From the NCBI GenBank assembly GCA_951406725.2, contig OX597842.1, positions 15,500,001 through 15,564,000 on the forward strand: a DNA stretch of 64,000 nucleotides, in the 5' to 3' direction. Within the stretch, counting starts at the first letter, position 1; every line of letters starts with the position of its first letter. This DNA comes from Octopus vulgaris. Lineage: Eukaryota. Under the pieces are notes generated by a model, which ran no database searches, had not been told where the DNA came from, and saw only the letters and a program-made list of their open reading frames with translations. Positions 53,549 through 64,000 of this stretch are shown here, in pieces. Position numbers and translations under genes: made by a program.

Positions 53549-54939
53549 CTGCAACAGAAACAAATAACAACGTATTAACTCATTTTCCCATTCACATTCC
53601 TATGTCGGTCAATAATTATATAAATTATGAGTGTATAAAGTGTTGATGTAGAATGTTGCGTATGTGTAAGCTGCATTAATGACAATATTAATAATGGGCC
53701 GTCTTCCACTGCATGTTGGATGAGAGACAGTTTCACCGAATTCATTATGTATATATGGGATGTGTAACTAAAAGTATGAGATGTACCACCAACTCATAGA
53801 TTTTTAGTTCAAATGCAATTAAGATGGCTTCGTATATTTTATCAGTCCAGCTAACTGAGGTTGCTTCACTTAAACCATATCTCACCTGAGATAGACCGGT
53901 GTTATTTCTTTATCATTCCTTTAACACAAGGCAAAGTAAGATCATTCTTCCACTATCAGACCTTGATGTTGTATGATCAGTTTCCTTTACATAAAGCAGC
54001 ATCCTTTAACAAGTAAGAGGACGTGTCCGCTTCAAATATGTTTTGGCCACGGATACTATAGATTATGAGTCATGACAAAATAGATATGACAGCATTTTCG
54101 ATAGGTTGTTCGTCTCATTTTGGGTCAATATATAACACGGAATATGTGAAAAATGAATATTTAGATAGAGGAAGAAATGGGAAATTGAAATTATTTTCGT
54201 AACGAAGAATTAGAGAAATGAAAACATTAATAAAGACAACAAGTGAATTGATTCTGTAATGTTTCTGATAAAAACTGACAAAGATAGACGCAATATCAGT
54301 GACCTGACGATTTAATCTCGGTTCTTGTGGCGTCGGTGATATTGGAAACTGGTATGGAGTGAACTAGCAATTTGAATTAATTCAAAAATCATGTAGGCTA
54401 AAATATGTGCCATAGATAGGTGCATATGTTATTTTGTGGGCGGCAGAAGTGTTATATAAGTAACAAGTGGTGGATACATGTGTATTATGGATGTAAAAAA
54501 GCATCAGTAGAAGAAATCGCATAAATATAAGGAGAGTACATATAAGAGAAACACGAAAGACCAAGGGTTTAACATCTAAGCTGTCAACATGTTTATTGAG
54601 CTACGGAGGGTCATCATATCTTAAATACATCTCTATCAACTAGACGACCATTCAGGTGGTTTCAACATAAGAGATTTTTACTGTCAGGACAGGTGACCAT
54701 CTCTCTCGATTCCTTTCACATCAATGCTGAAAGAATTCTCCTCTATTTTGTTGATGACACGTAAAGGACATCGTCCTACGTTTAAACTCATAAACAACAG
54801 CCATAACAACTACAACTACGACCCACACATTTACCGACATGTCCACCAATACAAAATCAAGCAGGTGTTGAAATTATTAATGCATAGACACAAGCAGCCT
54901 AATTACAGGTAATTAAGAAGTTGTCATAATTTTACTAAC

Positions 54940-55086
54940 CAAAAGGGCAAAACTTGTCAGATGGTCACAGGAACAAAGTACTTTCTGTCCAGGTTCATAC
55001 TTGGCTATATTACAGCCTTTGGTTGACCATTTGGGATTCTGTCCAGGAGATTCATCCCAAAAAACACACTGTGGGTTGGTGGCATT
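54940..55086 (-). CDS. Adhesion GPCR GPS-motif exon
   Basis: tttcag|NATNPQCVFWDESPGQNPKWSTKGCNIAKYEPGQKVLCSCDHLTSFALL|gttagt. It has the canonical CxxW...W...GC...CxCxHL^T pattern; 147 nt, phase 0-0. Confidence 0.93.
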
Positions 55087-55808
55087 CTGAAAAAAAAAAC
55101 ATTCTGATAATTTAATCAAATTAGCTTGTAATTAAAATACATGGAATGCGTCTTTGTTAATTACATTATCAAAACGTGAAAACATCATAGCAAACAAGGT
55201 TTTGATTGCTTTTGGCTTTGGGAATCCAACATCATTGGCTGTGGCATTGCTTAACTCACCATTTTACCTCATTTATATATCTATGTATATTCTCATAGTA
55301 TACAGCATTCACCATAAAAGTGGAAGAAGAAGACATTGGATGGTGTAGTTCTAGAAACAATTAACGATATACAAGTTGATAAGATATTGATGTTTGGGAT
55401 GTGTTTCATAGATTTACTGGGTCAGGTAGAACATGAAAATAAAGAGCAACAACGGTCACCATATGAAAGCCCGAAGTAATTCACACTTAAATTACACGGC
55501 CATAATGAATGAAGCCAATACGGAAAGATATTAAAGCATTATGTTGTGGATAGGAAAATACAAGACAAACAACTTAAAGCTTGGAATGAAAAAAGGATGC
55601 CTCCATTATCACACAACGTTTACATTATAAACATAAAGTTATAACTCTCAACACGGTAACAGCTACAACACTAGCAACAACAATAACTACTACTGCTACT
55701 ACTGCTGCTAATGCTACCGCTGCTACTAGTACTGTGTTTCAGGAGGAATAAGATATGGCTTTGAAATGAAACAACAAAAAACAGTTATGATAGACACATA
55801 GCTCTTAC

Positions 55809-55937
55809 CTGATCTCTTAAATTGAATGATATGTTAACTGGTTCATCGAGGTTGGTTACTTTAATGTTAGGAATATTAGCAGCAATAATATTACTGTTAA
55901 TCATAGTATTTGCTTTGGTACTGGAATTTTGTGTTAC
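55809..55937 (-). CDS. Adhesion GPCR GAIN-domain exon
   Basis: ttctag|VTQNSSTKANTMINSNIIAANIPNIKVTNLDEPVNISFNLRDQ|gtaaga; 129 nt. INSxII and NLxEPVxIxF are GAIN-B motifs. Confidence 0.92.
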
Positions 55938-55988
55938 CTAGAAAGAGAAGTCATTAAATCAATTAATTTCTTCAATAGAAGTGTTTAA

Positions 55989-56886
55989 TACGTGGTTGTA
56001 TAAAAAAACTGTCCGGACTAGTTCTGTAGCGCACCAACAGATGGCAGCAGCACGCGGTTTCGTGTGCAGTGAGAGCAAGTAGTGAACTTTATGAAACAGT
56101 GTGCCTAGTGACATCGCTATATTTGCTTCGCAAGTTGTGAAATTTGTGCTTTTGGGATTACGTATATGCTGTTGACTGCGACTTTGTCATGGACAAGAAT
56201 AAAAAGCCCACGGGAAATTTTGCGTTAAGTTTGCAACGTCTTTTTCGGAAACATTGAGTATGATTCGACAAGGCTACGAAAACGAGGCAATGAGCCATAT
56301 GCAAAGTTTGGAGAGTGTCACGAGTGCTTCAAAAGCGGGAGGATTTCCCTGGAAGACCATGAGCGGTCTGGAAGACCTTTCACGAGTGTCACCTCGCGGA
56401 AATGTAACGTTGTGCATTGAAAATCCATCCTCCAGGGTCTCACCGTCAGTTGAAAGTTCTACTTCGATGCTTTGAAACATTTGGAAGAGAAGATTTGATG
56501 AAAGTGACCAGATCTCTGGAGCGTGAATAATTCGTTTGTTCACGACGACAATGCACCCTGTCACCGATCTCTCCTCACTTGTGAGTTTCTCACCAAAAAC
56601 AACATTGTATCGTTCCTACATCTGCCCTATTCGCCAGATTCAGTACCTGAGAATTTAGCTGACATGTTGCCGTTTTAAGAGCGTGGCCGAGATCCAGAGG
56701 GAATCACAGAAGGTCCTGACTCGTTTATGGAAAACGACTTCCTAACTGGATTCCATAAGTGGAAGGAACGATAGAACCTGTTTATTGCTGCGGAAGGTGA
56801 CTATTTCGAAGGAAATGACGTCAACACTTTTGTAAATACGTAATGTTTTCTATTAAAGTCCTGAAATCTTTTGAAACCAAACGCTA
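55989..56886 (+). mobile_element. Degraded, internally deleted mariner transposon (intronic)
   Basis: Fragments MIRQGYENEAMS, EDHERSGRP, FVHDDNAPCH (cf. HHDNAPAH), HLPYSPD (cf. HPPYSPDL) and IAAEGDYFEG. The terminal inverted repeats are weak. Confidence 0.88.
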
Positions 56887-57618
56887 GTGTTGTACTTAGA
56901 GAGCATTACCTTACTCAGAACAACAACTGAATACAATATATATTACAATATATTGCATGAGATCACACCTAACAGTTGTACTTGCTCTGAAGAATGAATG
57001 ATTTGTTTTACTTAGAAATTGTTAACATAATGGCTGCTGGTATATCTCTCGGCAAATAACGTGTTCTCTCACGGCATATCACGTTGTGCAACTGAATTTA
57101 TCAGTAAAGATATGAATTTGTTTCTGTTACCTACCTTCCAACGATATATGTATATATATATATATATATATGTATGTATATATATGTATAAATATATGTG
57201 TGTGTGCGCATGTGCATGTGGTTTGCACTAATCAACAAATGTTACATTTGCTGATTTCCATATTAGAGCAATGATTCTGAATTTACTCATGTCTGTGGAG
57301 ACTAAATCACACCAAAACACCGGTGTCTTATGATTCTGTTTTGTCATTACCGAACGAGCTCTTCTTTCAGCATATTGAGTTTGAGTTGCTTAAGAAAAGT
57401 TTCGCCGAGACAAAACTAAAAAAAAAACGGGCGCCTTACGTTTGCATGTACATCATAAATTGTATACACCCACGCACAAACATGCGTATATACAAGTTTA
57501 TATATACATAGCCATTTGCAGCTGTGTTCTGTTAGTATTCTTATTAGAATGGCAACGACGGACGTATTCAAGCATTTATTCATCTGGAGAAAGACAAATT
57601 TGCGTTTTGGTTCCATAC

Positions 57619-57771
57619 CCTATATAGCTTATCATCCTGCATAGAGAAAAACGTAATCCTTGAGAGGGCAGACTGATCTTCGGCTTTCAGATGTTTTGAC
57701 AAACTCATTGGTAATGAAATGAAGTCTACATTATCATTTACTTGTAGATATGAATGTGAGTTGTTATATAT
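57619..57771 (-). CDS. Adhesion GPCR GAIN-domain exon
   Basis: ttccaacag|IYNNSHSYLQVNDNVDFISLPMSLSKHLKAEDQSALSRITFFSMQDDKLYR|gtatgg; 153 nt, phase 0-0. It contains the ISLP...RIxF...DDKL pattern. Confidence 0.9.
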
Positions 57772-57990
57772 CTGTTGGAAGAAAATGAAAGAAAAACAAA
57801 TGAAATTGATAAATAAAAAACACCACTACATCTGAATGATGTCGAGGTCATAAAAATTCATAAACTTTCGAATGTGAAATCATTTTGTTTTGGAATAGTG
57901 GTTCTTGAAGCCCATAAATATTGGGTTGAACAACCTCTGTTGGATAGAAAATGTTCCATGGACAATATTACGACCTGGGTATAACGTTTG

Positions 57991-60270
57991 GTGTAAATTG
58001 GTATTACACAAATAAATGGTTGTGGCTATCTAAAAATAAATTATCGCAGAAAGATATAACTTAATACAGAACGCAGTGCATACTGATCAATAACTGACTG
58101 TTAAATGGCTACACGTGGAACTAACACCGGAAGCAATAAGGTCGGACTAATACCGTGCAACCACCTGCTGCGAGCGCACTCACTTCTTATTGTAATCGAT
58201 TAGTCCACATTCAGTTACGTGGGTGGGGTTCAAGATTCTCCCATAACGTCACCTCTTTATGAGAATTTAAATCCACGAGGAACTAAATATCTTTTGCGTT
58301 TAGGGTCTATTTCAAGTATTTATGTTCGGTTTTGTTTTCTCATGCTTGAACGTGTAGTTTCGAAGATTTGTTTCGGTGTTGGTACATCATACGTAATATA
58401 AAAAGACTTCCATTGAGATTTCGGTTCTTGAGACCGTTTCCTCAGTAAACTTTTCCATTTTAATTGATTTATATGTCTCGTAATTGAGACCTTTTACCAA
58501 AAATACACTTTCCTTATCCTGTTTATTAATCACTTGGTCTTACCACTTTCCTTCACCGTTTTTATATATTTTAAAGAAAACTTACCGATTTTGAAAAATT
58601 TTGATTTAATTTTCTCTTCCGATATTTTTCTGTTTTGACCCGGTAACAACTTGTCGAATACAGATCTAATCTTCCTAGCGAACATTTATCCCGCAGGTGA
58701 CATTCCAGACAAAGTAATGGAATTTGTTGTCACTAGATATACTTTCAAAAACTGTTGAAGTGCTAAGTCATGCATATTTTTGTCATTCACTTTCTTCAAA
58801 GCCCTCTTAACTGTATCAACAAGACGCTTCCTTTGTCCATTTGACCAAGGATGATATGGCAATCACATATTTGAAAGAGAACATTTTACAAAATCTTTAA
58901 AACTCTTCTACAGTAAACTGAGTTCCATTGTCAGACATAATGGTATCGGGAATACTATATCCGGCGAACAATTTGTGTAAAATCGTACTGTAATCGAGGA
59001 TGTCGGTGTTTTACCCTTCGGTACCTCGATTCGCTTAGAAACACCGTCTACAACATCAATGTAATGTGAACCGTTAAGGGGATCTGCAAAATTAACATGC
59101 AGTCTGGTCCATGGGGCATCTGTTTTTTTACCCATGGTAGCCATTTTATGGTTGGTAATTTTGCTGCTAGAGTACAGCCTCTGCAAGCTTTCACTAATTC
59201 TTCACTTGGTCAATTCTTGGCCAATACACATAGCTTTTCATCAATGATTTCATTGTTGAAATGTCGGTTATTAATGTAAAATTTTCACCCGATTTCTTTG
59301 GTGATATGTAATTTCAATATTTCTCATGCTTGGCTTCTGCCAACTTTCTCAAAGAAGTCCGTTTTGATTTTCGTCTTGCCTGTTGTAGTATTCTTCTTGA
59401 AAATATTCATCTTACCTTCTAAAGTAAGCAGAGGATTAAGAACCCTCTTCGATCGAACTCCCCGATCGAATTTTGGGACAGTGTGAGGAGTGAACGAACT
59501 AGATGTATTTTCCGTTTTCTTCTGTATCAGTTGTACGAACAGTTTCCGTTACTTTTGTAATTCCAACAACTGTTGTTGTTGTTGTTGTTGCTGTTGCTGT
59601 TCGTTTGTTTGTTGAGCGAAGCGGTCTTCGTCCCAGAGTTCCTTTGCTATTTGTAAGACCTGCAGAAGAGAAAGCTGGTCAACCCCCGACACCGAGAGCA
59701 TCGATGGATGGATGAATGTGCATCCAGGCTCAGCGGTTGCGTAGGAAGTCTGTGAGGACAAGAAACAGGTAGAAAGAGTGAGAGAAAGTTGGAGCGAACT
59801 TATACAACAGGGGTCGCCACCACCCCCTGCCGGAACCTCGTGGAGCTTTAGGTGTTTTCGCTCAATAAAAACACACAACGCTCGGTCTGTGAATCGAAAC
59901 CGCAATCCTCCGACCGCGAGTCCGCTGCCCTAACCACTGGGCCATGGCGCCTCCACTGCTGCTGCTGTTTCGATAATTGAATTACCGAAGCTATTAAATA
60001 TTCCATGTTGAAGCCAAAATCAGTCCAACATGAGCTTCGAATAATTTCATCGACAAAAATGTTATTATGCAGGCATACAGGTCTGGTGCAAAATACTATT
60101 ACACAAATAAATAGTTGGTTGTGGTTATATAAAAATAACTTATTGCAGAAATATATCTTAACATAGAACGCACTCTGTACAACTCGAATGTAGGTACGAT
60201 ACTCAGCATTCCCGGTTCAATTACCGACTGTTAAGCCAACACACGTCGGACTAACACCGTCAACTACCAT
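57991..60270 (-). mobile_element. Degraded Gypsy/Ty3 (K02A2.6-like) LTR retrotransposon with two LTR remnants
   Basis: Integrase relics PWTRLHVNFADPLNGSHYIDVVDG and PYHPWSNGQRKRLVDTVKRAL. Direct repeats lie at ~57991-58130 and ~60086-60261 (TATTACACAAATAAAT..GGTTGTGG.TAT.TAAAAATAA...CTAACACCG). Confidence 0.8.
59571..59957 (-). mobile_element. tRNA-derived SINE nested in the Gypsy relic
   Basis: The minus-strand head is GTGGAGGCGCCATGGCCCAGTGGTTAGGG (A box) ... GGTTTCGATTC (B box). An (AAC)n tail lies at 59571-59610. Confidence 0.8.
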
Positions 60271-61013
60271 TTCTTTTATTTGGCACACGGCCATGACACA
60301 GAAGGGACAGCACAAGGACAGACAGAATACCACAGTGGGGACAAAAAAACATAAAACGAGCAAATGAAGGAGGGATATAATTAATGGTAATGAAATGGCT
60401 GCATTGAGCCCCAATCTCAAGCAGTACCGTTTAAATGTTTTAGCACAGTTTTTAATCATTTTTCTTTATCTTTGTTTTTCTTTTTTCCTTTTAGCATTGT
60501 CTTAAATTTTAACGTCTTTCTTGTAGACATTTACGAATGGTTCTAATTCTTTGTACTCCACAACAGGCGGTCGTTCATCAAACTCTACTCCCAATGGGTC
60601 AATCTCGTTTCCGAACAAATCCCTCAGTTTTCAGTACCTCTCTCGGTCTATCACAATTCCTTCTACATTTTCTGTATACAGTTCTATGGGTAATCTTACC
60701 TTTATTACTGATTCGAATTTTGTAATTCTCCTCTCTATGGCTGTACTTTTTGGCGTATGTCACCATATACTACTTGTTCTTCTGCGGCTTCTCGACTTCC
60801 CATTTCTGTTGCACACCTGGGTTGTCCGGACAAGTTTTTCTTTTTTGTCACGGTAAATCTATCGTACATACTTGCTGCAATTCTTCCTCCTTTTATTGTA
60901 TTTTTGTTGGTGATGCTGTTGCACTTGTTTTTGTCGCTGGATCTCTATAATGCCTATTTCTCCCTCTTCTTTTACCTATTCTTGACACCAGCTCTCGATC
61001 ATATCCACAGTGA

Positions 61014-61620
61014 TTGCATCATCTCAACAATGCGCCCTTAAATATGGTTTCTGATTACAAATATCTTGGGTCATACATATCATCATCTGGAAAAGACTTT
61101 CTAACTAGAAAGGGTATGGCCTGGTCAGCCTGTAATGACATGCATAAGATCTGGTCATCAAATCTAAGTAAAGACTTTAAACTTGAAATCTTCAATGCCA
61201 CAGTCGAACCAATTCTACTCTATGGCTCAGAAACCTGGACGTTATCAAAGAAGCTTGAGTGGCGGTTGGATGGAACCTACACTCGCCTCCTTATGAGAGC
61301 TCAAAATCTCTCGTGGAAGCGTCATCCAACCAAAGTACAAATATATGGGAAACTACCACCTGTGTCATCTCTTGTGAAAGGTAGGAGAGTCCAGTTTGCT
61401 GGACATTGTTGTAGAGCTGAAAAAGAAGTAATTTCTACTCTTCTCCTCTGGAAGCCATCTACTCGCAATACCAGAGGGCGCACACTCTCCTACCCTGATG
61501 TAATCTCCAGGGATACAGGCATCCAGCAACAGGACCTCCGTAATGCCATGATGGACCGTGAAGTCTGGCGTAGCATGGTAAATTCCATTGTCTCGACCAC
61601 GGTCGAACAATGATGATGAT
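61014..61620 (+). mobile_element. 5'-truncated LINE 3' fragment (RTE/RTE-X-like)
   Basis: An open ORF with YKYLGS, PILLYGSETWTL, RRVQFAGHC and AMMDREVWR, ending directly in a (TGA)n tail. Confidence 0.88.
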
Positions 61621-62328
61621 ATCCATTTCTTCCTCCTTTTTGTTCTCTTTTTCAGACTCTTCGGCGGTGAGTTTACATGTTCTTTTCTTTTCTTTTTCTG
61701 TTCTCCACGGTAAATGCATTTCCCGCTTCCTCCGTCTCCTTTTCAACTTCTAGTACCGCCGCGTCGGCACTCTGCCGCAGTTGCTCGTCTTCACCTTTGC
61801 CTTTCTAGTTTTCTGCTTTCTCTTTCAATCTATTTCTTGTTCTCGGGTACCCAGAGGCATGACATGGGACGAAGTACTGCTATATTTTTTCTGATCAATC
61901 AAATGATCAGAAAGAGAGTAAAGGTCAGTTGTATGTATATAAGCTCCAATTATTACATTAGTTTTAAATTGAGCTGAAAGAAAACTTAGCACGGCGGAGT
62001 GAATGCGTAGCAACATTTCGTTTGTCTCTACAGCTCTAAGTTCAGATTCTGCAGAGAATTGGCGTTGGTGTAGTCAACTAGACACCTTCCCTAAAACTTT
62101 GAGCTTTGTACCTAAATTACAAACGATTATTATTTTAGCTTTATTGCTAATCTGTACAGTATATATACTGTATTTTGTATTTGGATTGATTGTAATCTGC
62201 ATCAAGATTTATACCACCGCTACTCTATATGATAACAAAGATATTATATTTCACTGTAATGTATTTTATCAATTTGGGTGTTAAGAACAAACGGTTAATA
62301 AGAGAGAAATCATGAGAAAGTACTGTAC

Positions 62329-62500
62329 CATTGTCATAGCTTCAGTTTCATTATTTCCAAATGAAATACCATAGAAAGCACCATTGAACGTGTCCTTCTC
62401 CACTTTGATGGCACCAATACAAAGATTAGGATGTAAGACTGTCAGTTGCTGCTCTTCCAGTGGAATCTCTTCCGGGATTGCTTCTATAATGTCCAGCATT
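62329..62500 (-). CDS. Adhesion GPCR GAIN-domain exon
   Basis: ctcacag|A MLDIIEAIPEEIPLEEQQLTVLHPNLCIGAIKVEKDTFNGAFYGISFGNNETEAMTM|gtacag; 172 nt, phase 2-0, matching its neighbours. Confidence 0.9.
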
Positions 62501-62614
62501 CTGTGAGAAAATCAAGAAAATGAAAATAAATCTCAACTAAGAGTGTGTTTCAAATACGTAATTAGATATAGGTGTAATTAGCCTAATTATATTGATTAAT
62601 AAATCTATTTATGC

Positions 62615-62753
62615 TACTATTGTTTCTACTACGTCTGCTGCTACAGCTGCCGTTGTTGCTTCTTTATCATCACTATCATCATCATCATCATCATCAATTT
62701 CTTCGTCTTTTCTTCTTCTTGTTATTCCCATTCTTCTTTTTCTTCTTCTTCTT

Positions 62754-62805
<52 letters not shown>

Positions 62806-62972
62806 CACTAGAGCCACCGCAACCGTCGATAACCCAACCACACCTCCTCCTTCTCCTCTTACTACTACTACATCCACCACCACTGCCACCGCCACCGCCA
62901 ACACTACTGCTACTACTACTACAACTACTACTACTGATACCACTACTACTTCCCTGCTGCTGCTGCTGCTAC
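62615..62972. repeat. Compound trinucleotide microsatellite (CAT, CTT, CTA, CCA, CTG), intronic
   Basis: Seen directly. Confidence 0.95.
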
Positions 62973-63001
62973 ACTGAAGGCAAATGTGAAATGTGTTTTA
63001 C

Positions 63002-63233
63002 CTGCTCACAGTTCCATCTGATTGTTCTGCTTCAACCAAAATCTCTTCCGGTGTGTCTATCATATTGTTGATACTAGGAAGTATGTTATTCAGTGTTATA
63101 TTTGTGGACACATTCGATATCAATGGCAGCATTTTCTCTTGAATATCAACAGCCAAGTCAATATCTTCTGCTTTGAAATACACTGCTTTCTTGGAAATAT
63201 CGCTGAGTATTGTTGAAACCTCATCAACATTTT
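63002..63233 (-). CDS. Adhesion GPCR GAIN-domain (helical subdomain) exon; the gene continues upstream
   Basis: ttgcag|(E)NVDEVSTILSDISKKAVYFKAEDIDLAVDIQEKMLPLISNVSTNITLNNILPSINNMIDTPEEILVEAEQSDGTVS(R)|gtaaaa; 232 nt, phase 1-2. Confidence 0.9.
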
Positions 63234-64000
63234 CTGCAACGAAAAATTTAAAATAAAATTTAAGGGAATTTACAGATGCTTTCAGATGAAATATTAGATG
63301 CAAATTAAACGCCACACAAAAAATTAATGAATGAATGGAAGTCAATGAACATCTCCAAATTCATATAGCACAGAGATAGCTAAATGAGTTCAGTTCATCA
63401 GTTATATATTCATTGTGATATATCGTTAGTGTCTCCTGCTCTGTAACGCTAACTGGAAGAGTGGAGGGGTGGCACAACACTACATACTTGAGTAACACAG
63501 ACAATTGATAGTGGATGTTTGTAAATAATTACATTGACAACCAATGACCCGGGATACACCAGCCATCCTAAACAGCTGTTAATATGAACGGAATTATTGT
63601 TCAGTTACATGTTGGACTTAAAGGAATATGGGTCACTGATCTAATGATTAATATTGATGTAAGTTTTGGCGGAAGAGCAGCAATTTCGGGGTAGAGGCTA
63701 AGTGAAATACATTGAAACCAATGCTCAACTCGTTCTTATTTCGTCAAAGATTAAAGGAAAAGTCGACGACATTTGAACTCAGAGCGCAAAGACGGACAAA
63801 ATGCCGCAAAGCATTGTGTCCGTCTTCTCTGGTATCTATAATATCAATATTAATCATTCTTCATCAATGACTTATGAGAAATTGGTATCATCACTACAAT
63901 GCAATCTTAAGAAAATCTCTTTGATTTTACAGTGCTACAGGTGAGAATCGTGCATCGCTTCCATTCAATGCTACACAGCTTTAAATATCTTATAACCCCC

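Noticed and set aside
54570-54625. Possible further hammerhead relic (minus strand ATGATGA...AAACATGT)
   Set aside because: The core is incomplete and no convincing stems I or II form.
62592-63071. 159-aa poly-S/L/P ORF on the + strand
   Set aside because: It is a compound trinucleotide microsatellite inside an intron of the minus-strand GPCR.

Overview
This is repeat-dense, AT-rich eukaryotic DNA, most likely from an octopus (inferred from Octopus-type tRNA/CORE SINEs and abundant (TA)n/(TATG)n microsatellites). It has three parts. (1) A large direct segmental duplication: copy A ~1608-18940 and copy B ~21837-36709, with a 5'-truncated, inactivated L1/Tx1-type LINE (18937-21545) between them. 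(2) A transposon cluster: a frameshifted Helitron Rep/Pif1 element with neighbouring non-autonomous units (40860-46425) and a near full-length RTE LINE embedded in (TATG)n (48716-52936). (3) Six minus-strand exons of an adhesion GPCR (GAIN-GPS-TM1, 63233 to 53446) with phase-consistent splice sites. Its TM1 exon has an apparent 1-nt deletion giving a stop, and I found no TM2-TM7 exons. Its introns hold mariner, Gypsy, SINE and LINE relics. Several degenerate Penelope-type hammerhead-ribozyme motifs are also visible. Most ORFs in the supplied track are microsatellite artefacts. I do not see convincing evidence of a wholly new biological system; the best leads are the truncated aGPCR, the hammerhead-bearing repeats and the duplication architecture. 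All alignments were done by eye.
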